From Candidatus Latescibacterota bacterium (GTDB lineage: Bacteria; Latescibacterota; UBA2968; GCA-2709665), in the NCBI GenBank assembly GCA_965248435.1, contig OZ252100.1:1344001-1408000 (forward strand): a stretch of 64,000 nt of DNA. The letters are read 5' to 3'. A program made the translations under genes and the position numbers. The notes below the pieces were generated by a model, which did not search any database, was not told the DNA's origin, and saw only the letters and a program-made list of their open reading frames with translations. Positions 10,321 through 18,549 of this stretch are shown here, in pieces. Positions within the stretch are counted from its first letter, which is position 1, and each line of letters begins with the position of its first letter.

Positions 10321-12249
10321 TCAGCTTACTGCTGTGCCATCGGTTACTTCGGAATCGGGCTGAAGCAGGACCGGGTGCCCTTCTTCTGTAGCCGCAAGGA
10401 GCATGCCCTCTGATTCGACCCCGCGTATCTTGGCAGGCTCAAGGTTGGCCACGACCACAATCTGGCGACCGATCAGAGACTCCGGCTCGTAATGCTGCGC
10501 GATGCCGGCAACGAGCTGACGGCTTTCATCTCCCAGGCTGACCTCGAGCCGGAGGAGCCGGTCCGCCCCCTCAACCCTCTCCGCCGCCTTGATCCGGGCG
10601 ATTCGCAGCTTGAGCTTCTGAAAATCCTTGAACGAAACGGAGTCGTCGTGCTCTGTCGACATCGTCTGCTCCTTCTCGATTTGTTCGGTCGAATCCGACG
10701 GCGCTGTATCCGATTCTGTTTCGATTCGGGGGAAGATCGGTCCGGCCGGCTTCACCTTCCCGCCCGCCTCGAGCCCCCCCCAGCATCTCAGACCAGACAG
10801 ACGTTGATCTTCCAGGCGACCCTGAACACCGGCCTGGTTCCAAATCTCGTGCGATTTTTCGGGCATGACAGGGTAAAGCAGGACGGCCAGATATCTCATG
10901 GTCTCCAACAGCCCGTAGATCGTCCCCTCCAGCTCCTGGCGCCCAGCCGGATCCTTCGCCAGATTCCAGGGCGCCTGCGACTCCGCGAACCGATTGCCCG
11001 ACCTCACAAGCTCCCAAATCTTGTCCAGGATCCCGTTGGGGTTCAGATCCCTCAGACAACGCTCGATCTCGTCCACCGCACTGAGAGCGGCGTCTCTCAG
11101 GGGCGCAAGCAGCGGGACGTCGGGCTCGACGGTGGGCACCTCTCCATCAAGATAGCGGGTGGTCATCAGGACGGTCCGGTTCAGAAGATTGCCCAGGTCA
11201 TTCGCGAGTTCTGCATTAAACCGATGGACGAAGGCCGCCTCGCTGAAGTCGCTATCCAGCCCCAGCACCATCTCGCGAGCAAGGAAATACCGGAAGGCAT
11301 CCACACCGTATTTGTCGACAAGGTCCATAGGCCGAACCACGTTTCCCAACGACTTAGACATCTTCTCCTGCTCAAAGATCCACCAGCCGTGAGCGACGAT
11401 GGTTTCTGGAATAGGAAGCCCGATCGCCTTTAGCATCGTGGGCCAGTAGACGCAGTGCGTGGTCACGATATCTTTTCCGATCAGATGGCAGGAGGCAGGC
11501 CACCATCGGCTGAATTCCTCATCTTCGCTCAGATAGCCTGGCACAGTGATGTAATTGATGAGGGCGTCGAACCAGACGTAGCACACATAATCCTCATCGA
11601 AAGGAAGCGGGATACCCCAGGACAACCTTGCCTTCGGCCGAGAAATGCAGAGATCCGAGAGCGGCTTCCTTAAAAATCCCAGGACTTCGTTCCGGCGTGT
11701 CTCTGGACGAATAAAATTTGGATGCGATTCAATATAGTCGACAAGCCACTCTTGATAGGCACTCATCCTGAAAAAATAGTTCTTCTCCGAGATCTTCGTG
11801 ACTTCTCGGCCGCATTCAGGACAGTTGCCGTTCACCAGGTCCTTCTCGGTCCAGAAGCGCTCGTCGGGGATGCAGTACCAACCCTCATAGTTGCCCGCAT
11901 AGACTTCCCCGGCATCGTAAATGCGTTGAAGGATTTCCGTCACAACGCCCTTGTGCCTGGGTTCCGTCGTGCGAATGAAGTCGTCGTTCGAAATGTTGAG
12001 CTTTTCCCATAGCGACTGAAACCGCAAGACCATTTCATCGCAATGCGCTTGAGGGTCCACCCCGCGCTTCCTTGCGGCCTCGTCTACTTTCTGACCGTGT
12101 TCATCCGTACCCGTCGAAAAAAGCACGTCATACCCCGCGACTCGGTAGTAGCGTGCGAGCACATCTGCGAGAATCGTCGGGTAGGCAGTCCCAACGTGCG
12201 GCTCGTCATTCACGTAATAGATCGGAGTTGTGATGTAAAACTTTTCCAT
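10321..12249 (-). CDS. metG: Methionyl-tRNA synthetase with C-terminal tRNA-binding domain
   Basis: ITTPIYYVN..PHVG, GTDEHG, YVWFDAL, KMSKS, C-terminal Trbp111-like domain. Confidence 0.97.
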   Translation of the reverse strand: MEKFYITTPIYYVNDEPHVGTAYPTILADVLARYYRVAGYDVLFSTGTDEHGQKVDEAARKRGVDPQAHCDEMVLRFQSLWEKLNISNDDFIRTTEPRHKGVVTEILQRIYDAGEVYAGNYEGWYCIPDERFWTEKDLVNGNCPECGREVTKISEKNYFFRMSAYQEWLVDYIESHPNFIRPETRRNEVLGFLRKPLSDLCISRPKARLSWGIPLPFDEDYVCYVWFDALINYITVPGYLSEDEEFSRWWPASCHLIGKDIVTTHCVYWPTMLKAIGLPIPETIVAHGWWIFEQEKMSKSLGNVVRPMDLVDKYGVDAFRYFLAREMVLGLDSDFSEAAFVHRFNAELANDLGNLLNRTVLMTTRYLDGEVPTVEPDVPLLAPLRDAALSAVDEIERCLRDLNPNGILDKIWELVRSGNRFAESQAPWNLAKDPAGRQELEGTIYGLLETMRYLAVLLYPVMPEKSHEIWNQAGVQGRLEDQRLSGLRCWGGLEAGGKVKPAGPIFPRIETESDTAPSDSTEQIEKEQTMSTEHDDSVSFKDFQKLKLRIARIKAAERVEGADRLLRLEVSLGDESRQLVAGIAQHYEPESLIGRQIVVVANLEPAKIRGVESEGMLLAATEEGHPVLLQPDSEVTDGTAVS

Positions 12250-12259
12250 GCAACCACCC

Positions 12260-13336
12260 CTAGGCGGAACTGGCCGTGTGGCTTCTCACGCTCCGCCATA
12301 GCGAAACCAGCCCCAGGTGCAGATTCACGTGTCTCCGGCTCTTCTCCCTCAGGGCCTCGATCATCTCGAAGGTTCGCGTGATCGTTTCGGTGTCGAAGGC
12401 TTTCGATAATTCCCGAATTTCTTCACCTTTTTTGAAATGTGAAACCTGTTCCTGGTTCTCGTTCAGAACCAGGAACACATCCCGCAGCCAGAGCTCAGCC
12501 CCCTCCAGAACCTGCCAGACAGCCTGTCGATCCCGAGACAGGTTCTCGAGGGCTGTGTAGGTTGGAAACTCTTCTCCCCAAATCAGAGCGTGCAAAAACC
12601 GATAAGACCGGTCCTGTGCCTCCTGAAAATCTCCGTCGACCATTTCCCGAGCACGCCTGAAACTCCCTCCACACGCACGAGCAACAAACCGCGCCGTTTC
12701 AGCTTCGCCACCTTCCTGTGAGATGAGGGCAGCCTCAACCTCCTGGCTGGAGAGTTGCGAAAACTTCAGATACTGGCACCGAGAAACGATCGTCGGGAGC
12801 AGTGCTTCGAGATTGGACGCCGTGAGAATCAGCAAGCAGCGATCGTGAGGTTCCTCAAGCGTCTTGAGCAGAGCGTTCCCGGCTTCCGGCCGCATCTGAT
12901 CGGCGTGCAATATCACCGATGTTCGCCACTTTCCTTCGTAGGCCCCGTATGAGAACTGCTTTTGAATGCTGCGAATGCGTTCAATGGAAATCGTATGGCC
13001 TTCATCGGGAAGCGGATACCCGTAGGGATCTTCTATCACCTGCTGGGTAAGCGCGTGGTTCGCATCGAGTTCTTTTCGCGCAGGCATCGGAAACAGAACC
13101 GAAAAATCCGGGTGATTCAAGGCCTTCGTTTTTCGGCATCCCTTGCAGGACTCGCACGCCCCCAGACCGCCGCCATGCTCACAATGAAGCGCACGCCCCA
13201 TCTCTATCGCGGCTGCAGCCTTGCCCGTACCCGTTGGCCCAAAAAGAAGAAGGCTATGAGGTGTCCTCCCCTTTTGAATGAGATTCTGGAGAAAGGATAC
13301 CCCACGCCTCTGGCCGACGACGCGTGTCCTAAACAT
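12260..13336 (-). CDS. holB: DNA polymerase III delta-prime subunit
   Basis: HSLLLFGPTGTGK, zinc cysteines, HPD, NALLKTLEEP, LLPTIVSRC; start reassigned to MFRTR (ATG 13336, SD GAGAGG). Confidence 0.92.
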   Translation of the reverse strand: MFRTRVVGQRRGVSFLQNLIQKGRTPHSLLLFGPTGTGKAAAAIEMGRALHCEHGGGLGACESCKGCRKTKALNHPDFSVLFPMPARKELDANHALTQQVIEDPYGYPLPDEGHTISIERIRSIQKQFSYGAYEGKWRTSVILHADQMRPEAGNALLKTLEEPHDRCLLILTASNLEALLPTIVSRCQYLKFSQLSSQEVEAALISQEGGEAETARFVARACGGSFRRAREMVDGDFQEAQDRSYRFLHALIWGEEFPTYTALENLSRDRQAVWQVLEGAELWLRDVFLVLNENQEQVSHFKKGEEIRELSKAFDTETITRTFEMIEALREKSRRHVNLHLGLVSLWRSVRSHTASSA

Positions 13337-13360
13337 GGCCTCTCTCAACCTGTGCGTTCG

Positions 13361-13394
13361 AAAAAGCCGTTGGAACGGATAGATCCCAACGGCT
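13361..13394 (-). terminator. Intrinsic-terminator-like hairpin between rimI and holB
   Basis: Minus strand AGCCGTTGG...CCAACGGCT followed by TTTT. Confidence 0.65.
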
Positions 13395-13423
13395 CCATTT
13401 CCAGAGACCGATTTCGTATCGCA

Positions 13424-13452
13424 ATGATAACGGGAAACCCCAATCTTGTCAA
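13424..13452 (-). promoter_or_regulatory. Sigma70-type promoter upstream of holB-metG
   Basis: TTGACA (13452-13447), 17 nt, TATCAT (13429-13424). Confidence 0.65.
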
Positions 13453-13466
13453 GCCTTTTTGGGCTT

Positions 13467-14006
13467 CTAACCACTGGAAAGTGAACGATTTGCGAGCCAT
13501 TCCGAAAGCACCCCGTAAAGGGCCTTGACCATGACGAAGGCGTCCTCTTTCGGCTTGCTATAATAATCCTTCCGAATCGCAACCGTCTGGAAGCCGGCCT
13601 TTCGATAGAGCGAAATCGCCGATAAGTTGGAGACGCGGACCTCCAGAGTGGCGACGCGGGCTGTCCGCTCCTTGATATGCTCCAGCAGTACGTTCAAAAA
13701 CAGCGTACCCATTCCCCGATTCTGACGATCGGGATGAACCGCGAAGTCAGCCAGATGGAACTCATCCTTCGAGAAAAACCCGACGGAGTAGCCGACCATG
13801 CCCCCATCCACAACAGGCACAAGGCAGAGACTTCCAGGCCTGGCCATGGCGTTCCGAAAATCCTCCCCATGCCACGGATTCGAAAAGACCCTGCGTTCGA
13901 TCTCCAGCACATAGTCCAGGTGCTCCTCGTTCATCTCGTCCAGGTCAAGGGAGACGCTAGGCATCTCGTGCCCGTTCCCGGCCGTCTCCGAGATTGGATC
14001 ATTCAT
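13467..14006 (-). CDS. rimI: Ribosomal-protein N-acetyltransferase
   Basis: IER.VF..PW, AVHP..Q.RG.G, LEVRVSN..AI.LY...GF, RKDYY..P.EDA; follows tsaB. Confidence 0.9.
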   Translation of the reverse strand: MNDPISETAGNGHEMPSVSLDLDEMNEEHLDYVLEIERRVFSNPWHGEDFRNAMARPGSLCLVPVVDGGMVGYSVGFFSKDEFHLADFAVHPDRQNRGMGTLFLNVLLEHIKERTARVATLEVRVSNLSAISLYRKAGFQTVAIRKDYYSKPKEDAFVMVKALYGVLSEWLANRSLSSG

Positions 14007-14693
14007 TCAGAACGCCTCCCAGACCTGCGTGCCTCGCGATCGCATCAAATAGTTGGGCTCTGCGCCCGAGAGATCGGAGATGTCTCCATCTCTCAGGCGG
14101 CCTGCACCCAGGATCGCGATGGGTCCCGCTTCGGGACCCTCGAACGGCTCGCGGACAAACCGGGCCTCCTGACCCAACACGCGTTTTATCTCGCCACGAT
14201 ATTGTAAGGCTCCAGGCCCCGCACAAAATACCGGTCTGGGAAAATCATTGAGCACGTCCTCAAGCGGGCGGGCAGAATCCTCGACAAGGCAAGTGAGTTC
14301 GCCCTTCTGCCAGCCGTAGAGGCCGACATAGACCTCGCCTCTGTAAGCATCCAGCATACTGCATATCGGGAGACCCACATCCGGTGCTCTGAATGCCAGG
14401 CCCTCCAGCGTGGAGATCGTCAAGAGCGGAAGCGAGGCCCCGAGACACAGCCCCTTTGCAGCCCCCATTCCGATCCGCAGACCGGTAAAAGAGCCGGGCC
14501 CGACCGAAACGGCCACACCGTCCAGATCCCTGGGACGGAGCCCCGTATCCTCGAGGACTCGTCGTGTCAACTCCAGCAATCGCTCCGAGTGAAGGGGTCC
14601 CAGATTTTGGGAGCAATGGGCCAGGATCCGATCGGAATCTGAGATCGCCACGCTGCAGATCTGGGTCGCCGTTTCAATTCCAAGGATGCGCAT
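14007..14693 (-). CDS. tsaB: t6A biosynthesis protein TsaB
   Basis: ILGIETAT, HSERL, GPGSFTGLRIG, DA.RGEVY, EPNY. Confidence 0.95.
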   Translation of the reverse strand: MRILGIETATQICSVAISDSDRILAHCSQNLGPLHSERLLELTRRVLEDTGLRPRDLDGVAVSVGPGSFTGLRIGMGAAKGLCLGASLPLLTISTLEGLAFRAPDVGLPICSMLDAYRGEVYVGLYGWQKGELTCLVEDSARPLEDVLNDFPRPVFCAGPGALQYRGEIKRVLGQEARFVREPFEGPEAGPIAILGAGRLRDGDISDLSGAEPNYLMRSRGTQVWEAF

Positions 14694-14703
14694 TGCTCAA
14701 AGA

Positions 14704-15726
14704 CTATAGGAAACGCAGTTGATCAGCTTCAGGGATCTCCAGGCCCAGATGCAGATAGGCCTTCTTCGTCGCCTGCCGCCCACGGGATGTCCGAAGCAAG
14801 TAGCCCTCCTGAATCAGGAACGGCTCGTAAACTTCCTCAATCGTGTCCATCTCCTCGCCGATCGCTGCCGAGAGGTTGTTCAGCCCGACAGGTCCCCCGC
14901 CGAACTTCTCGATCATCGTGGAAAGGAGACGGCGGTCCATCTCGTCCAGCCCACTTTCATCGATATCCAGCAGGTCCAGTGCCTTGACGGCCACATCCAC
15001 GGTAATCACGCCATCCGCACGGGCCAGTGCATAGTCCCGCGCTCTGGCCAGCAATCGAATGGCCACCCTAGCCGTGAAACGTGCGCGCTTCGCGATCTCT
15101 GCCGCACCTTCCGGCTCAATCTCGATATTCAGAATTCGCGCCGAACGCTTGACAATCTCTCCCAGTTCCTCTCCTGAATAAAAGTCAACCCGTTCGATGA
15201 TCCCGAACCGGGACCGCAGCGGCGCAGTCAACAGACCGAATCGAGTCGTGGCGCCGACAAGAGTGAACTTCTCCAATGGAATCCGATACGAGCGTGCGTT
15301 CGGACCGCTGTCGATCATAATGTCCAGACTGAAGTCTTCCATCGCTGAATAGAGATGTTCTTCAACGATCCGGTTCATCCGGTGGATCTCATCTATGAAC
15401 AGGACATCGCTCTCACCGAGGTTGGTCAGGATCCCCGCAAGATCGGCAGCACGTTCCAGGACGGGGCCGGATGTCACGGAGACCTGCACGTCCAGTTCAC
15501 GCGCGATCACGTGTGCAAGCGTTGTCTTCCCAAGTCCGGGCGGCCCATAAAGCAGCGTGTGGTCCATGGCCTCACCCCGTTGCAGGGACGCATCAACGGC
15601 AATCCGAAGCTTTTCCTTGACCTTTTCTTGACCGAACATCTGGTCGAAACGGGCAGGACGCAGCCTCTCTTCGGCTTCGAACTCGTCTTCTTGGCTGATC
15701 TTCGGATCGGTGATGCGCTCAACCAT
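14704..15726 (-). CDS. ruvB: Holliday junction branch migration ATPase
   Basis: [44 protein letters not shown]. Confidence 0.97.
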   Translation of the reverse strand: MVERITDPKISQEDEFEAEERLRPARFDQMFGQEKVKEKLRIAVDASLQRGEAMDHTLLYGPPGLGKTTLAHVIARELDVQVSVTSGPVLERAADLAGILTNLGESDVLFIDEIHRMNRIVEEHLYSAMEDFSLDIMIDSGPNARSYRIPLEKFTLVGATTRFGLLTAPLRSRFGIIERVDFYSGEELGEIVKRSARILNIEIEPEGAAEIAKRARFTARVAIRLLARARDYALARADGVITVDVAVKALDLLDIDESGLDEMDRRLLSTMIEKFGGGPVGLNNLSAAIGEEMDTIEEVYEPFLIQEGYLLRTSRGRQATKKAYLHLGLEIPEADQLRFL

Positions 15727-15743
15727 CGCGAGGGCTCTTTGGA

Positions 15744-16310
15744 TCAGATGCGCTTCAGGGCTCGTCGAATAACCTCTTCAACACCAGCGCCGTCCACATC
15801 GGCCTGAATGACGTCTTGCACAGCCCGGCGCGCCTGTAGAGGACTGGCTCCAAGACCGACCAATGCGGCCATGGCCTCCTCGAGTTGGTCGGGCGTCTCC
15901 AGCAGGGGCTGCGAAACTCTATCTTTTAGCTCAACCATGAGCCTCCGTGCCAGCTTTGGGCCGATTCCTTTGATGCTCGTCAGCCCATTTGCGTCTTCAG
16001 AGGCGATCAGTCGTTCAAACCTCTCCACCGGCACTCCGGAAAGGATGTTCAACGCCATCGGAGGACCAATGCCTGAGACTGTGATCAGTATTTGGAAAAG
16101 AGATCGCTCGGCCTGAGTGGAAAATCCATAGAGCATCAGCGCGTCCTCTCGGACGTGGAGATGCGTCAAGATCTTTACCATCGTCCCGACTTTCAAATCC
16201 GGATCGTAGCTCGACAGAGGAATCCGCACGGTCAGACCTATGCCGCCGACCTCGACGACCATGTGGGTTGGCCCCTTTTCTCCCAGCTTTCCGAGCAAAT
16301 AGGAGATCAT
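15744..16310 (-). CDS. ruvA: Holliday junction DNA-binding protein
   Basis: HVREDA..LYGF, VSGIGP, IKGIGPK.A.R...ELK. Confidence 0.95.
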   Translation of the reverse strand: MISYLLGKLGEKGPTHMVVEVGGIGLTVRIPLSSYDPDLKVGTMVKILTHLHVREDALMLYGFSTQAERSLFQILITVSGIGPPMALNILSGVPVERFERLIASEDANGLTSIKGIGPKLARRLMVELKDRVSQPLLETPDQLEEAMAALVGLGASPLQARRAVQDVIQADVDGAGVEEVIRRALKRI

Positions 16311-16861
16311 CGTCGCGCCAGGCTCCCCTGTGCTGAGTGCGAACTGCGTGAAATCGAAGAGCCGCTTCGACGACTCCGTGGGATTTCGTGGCCGGACCGT
16401 TGATTCAGATGATGAAGGGCCAGGGCCAACGCATCCGTTACATCGTGTGTGACCGGCTTTTCCTCAAGGTTCAACATCCGCCGAACCATGAACTCTACCT
16501 GCTCTTTCGTGGCCCCGCCCCTCCCGACCACGCCCTTCTTGACTTCTCTTGGGGAATACTCAAAGATCGGCAAATGCGATTTGGCAAGGGAAAGCATGAT
16601 GGCACCCCTCGCGTGGCACATCTTCATCACAGTCTGGGCGTTCCGACCGAAAAAAACCGCTTCCAGAGCCACCTCATCCGGCTTGATGTCTTCGATCGCC
16701 TCCAGGAGGCCGTCGTAAATTTCCAACAGACGTTTCTCGAACGGAAGTCTTGCATTCGGACGGAGCGGTTTACACGAAACGAGCCGGATCTCTCTATCTC
16801 GGTGCTCCACCACGCCTATACCGGTGACGGCACTGCCGGGATCGATACCCAGGACAATCAC
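16307..16861 (-). CDS. ruvC: Holliday junction resolvase
   Basis: LGIDPG, ALE.VF, ARG, EY.P.EVK, G.A.KEQV, D..DALA.A. Confidence 0.95.
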   Translation of the reverse strand: MIVLGIDPGSAVTGIGVVEHRDREIRLVSCKPLRPNARLPFEKRLLEIYDGLLEAIEDIKPDEVALEAVFFGRNAQTVMKMCHARGAIMLSLAKSHLPIFEYSPREVKKGVVGRGGATKEQVEFMVRRMLNLEEKPVTHDVTDALALALHHLNQRSGHEIPRSRRSGSSISRSSHSAQGSLARR

Positions 16862-16945
16862 AAACGCTACCCTAGTAGTGTGAGAAAGGGGAAGTGCGTC
16901 AAAATGAGGAGCGTAGAGGGGGAGGGTCGGTCAGAGAGAGTTCAG

Positions 16946-17695
16946 CTACGAGGTCAATGCCGCTAACTCCTGATCTTCCATCTCGAAATTCGCGTAGACT
17001 CTCTGAACATCGTCCTGGTCTTCCAGCATCTCGAGGAGCGTAATCAGCTGCTTGGCCGTCTTGCCCTCCACGGGGACGTTGTTTTGAGGAATACGCGTCA
17101 GCTCCGAGCGCTCGTAGGGAATCTCCCCTGTCTCCAGAGCTTTCCGAACGTGCTCGAACGACTGAAGCGGAGCATAGATTTCGTATAGGGTCTCGTCCTC
17201 GACGATGTCGTCTGCACCTGCCTCAAGAACGACGGTCATCAGCTCATCTTCATCAGCCCGATCCTTCGACACGACGATCAGGCCCTTTTGCTCGAATATC
17301 CAGGCGACAGCCCCACTTTCTGCCATACTACCGTTGTATTTGGTCAAGATGTGGCGTATCTCCGAAACCGTCCGATTCCTGTTGTCCGTCAGGACTTCCA
17401 CAAACAGGGCCACGCCACCCGGGCCGTATCCTTCGTAGATTGCCCCTTCATACGTTTCGCCCGGTAGGTCTCCTATCCCCTTCTTAATCGCACGCTCGAT
17501 GTTGGCCGCGGGCATGTTTTCCGCCTTGGCGCTCAAGACGGCTCCGCGAAGGCGCGGGTTACTCGCCTCATCACCCCCGCTTTCGCGAGCGGCCACTGTA
17601 ATCTCGCGGATCAATTTGGTGAACAACTTCCCCCGCGCTGCATCGTTTCTGCTTTTCTTGTGCTTTATATTAGCCCACTTCGAGTGTCCTGACAT
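16946..17695 (-). CDS. yebC: YebC/PmpR family protein
   Basis: MSGHSKWANIKH, YEGYGPGG, TDNRNRT, DDVQ.VY.N; usual position upstream of ruvC. Confidence 0.96.
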   Translation of the reverse strand: MSGHSKWANIKHKKSRNDAARGKLFTKLIREITVAARESGGDEASNPRLRGAVLSAKAENMPAANIERAIKKGIGDLPGETYEGAIYEGYGPGGVALFVEVLTDNRNRTVSEIRHILTKYNGSMAESGAVAWIFEQKGLIVVSKDRADEDELMTVVLEAGADDIVEDETLYEIYAPLQSFEHVRKALETGEIPYERSELTRIPQNNVPVEGKTAKQLITLLEMLEDQDDVQRVYANFEMEDQELAALTS

Positions 17696-17800
17696 CGAAC
17701 TTCAGGCCCCTTTGTTCGCGGTCCAAACCAATGGAAATAATGCCGTCAACGCTTGTTATTTAAGAAGATACTACTTACCATCAAAAAAATCAAGGGCTTG

Positions 17801-18385
17801 CTAACCGACCTGCTGCGCGCCCCTGCCGATCGACAGGAAAAACTCTCTGTTGCCCCCCGCGCCGGGCAGCTTTGACTCGGCTCGGTCCAGCACCCTGCAG
17901 CTCGATCTTTCCAGTTGATGGATCACTCTGTTTACGACTTTTTCGAGGAATTCCGGTCGAACCACGCCGCCTTCCCGCTCAGATTCCTCCGCCTCGTATT
18001 GAGGTTTCAGAAGAGACACGACCTTTCCACACCTTCCAACCATATGCAAGGCCCGAGGAACGATCAGGTTCAGCGGCGTCCACCCCAAATCTATTACCAC
18101 GAGGTCTACCGGTTCAGGAAGCTCCAGATGCAGGGCATTCCTTCGCTCAATCACCACTACTCTGGGGTCTTGTCGCAACTTCCAATCCAGGACGCCGTAA
18201 GCGGTATCGGCTGAATAGACGCGAGCCGCCCCGCGCTGAAGCAGGCAATCCGTAAACCCACCGATGTGCGCGCCAAGATCGGCAGCTACCTTCTGAGAGA
18301 CGTCGACTTGAAACGCTTCGAGCGCCCCCTCGAGCTTCTCTCCTCCTCTCCCTACGAATCTGCTGCTGTCGCTGCGTTTGGCCAA
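17801..18385 (-). CDS. TlyA-family rRNA methyltransferase lacking the S4 domain (start uncertain: TTG 18385 or 18451)
   Basis: FVGRGGEKL, DLGA..GGFTDCLLQRGA, L.KPQ.E, G..GNREF. Confidence 0.82.
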   Translation of the reverse strand: MAKRSDSSRFVGRGGEKLEGALEAFQVDVSQKVAADLGAHIGGFTDCLLQRGAARVYSADTAYGVLDWKLRQDPRVVVIERRNALHLELPEPVDLVVIDLGWTPLNLIVPRALHMVGRCGKVVSLLKPQYEAEESEREGGVVRPEFLEKVVNRVIHQLERSSCRVLDRAESKLPGAGGNREFFLSIGRGAQQVG

Positions 18386-18492
18386 CCTACCCCCTGAGTG
18401 TCGGTCGAGACAACGGACTGCAGACCGTGGGATGATCGGGCGATTCGTCACTTCCTAACTGGTCTGTCGTCCGTCGTCCACGGTCAAGATTC

Positions 18493-18529
18493 AAAAAAAA
18501 GGCGATGCCCTCACTCGGAGGACATCGCC
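18493..18529 (-). terminator. Intrinsic terminator after the EF-G paralog
   Basis: GGCGATGTCCTC-CGAGT-GAGGGCATCGCC followed by T7 on the minus strand. Confidence 0.8.
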
Positions 18530-18549
18530 CTGTCAAGAAAGAACAGGGG

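Noticed and set aside
13337-13582. N-terminal extensions of track ORFs (holB; also hisI, bioF, DUF2161-like, MFP, AKR, SPOR)
   Set aside because: They run through promoters, repeats or neighbouring genes; downstream starts fit the family N-termini better.
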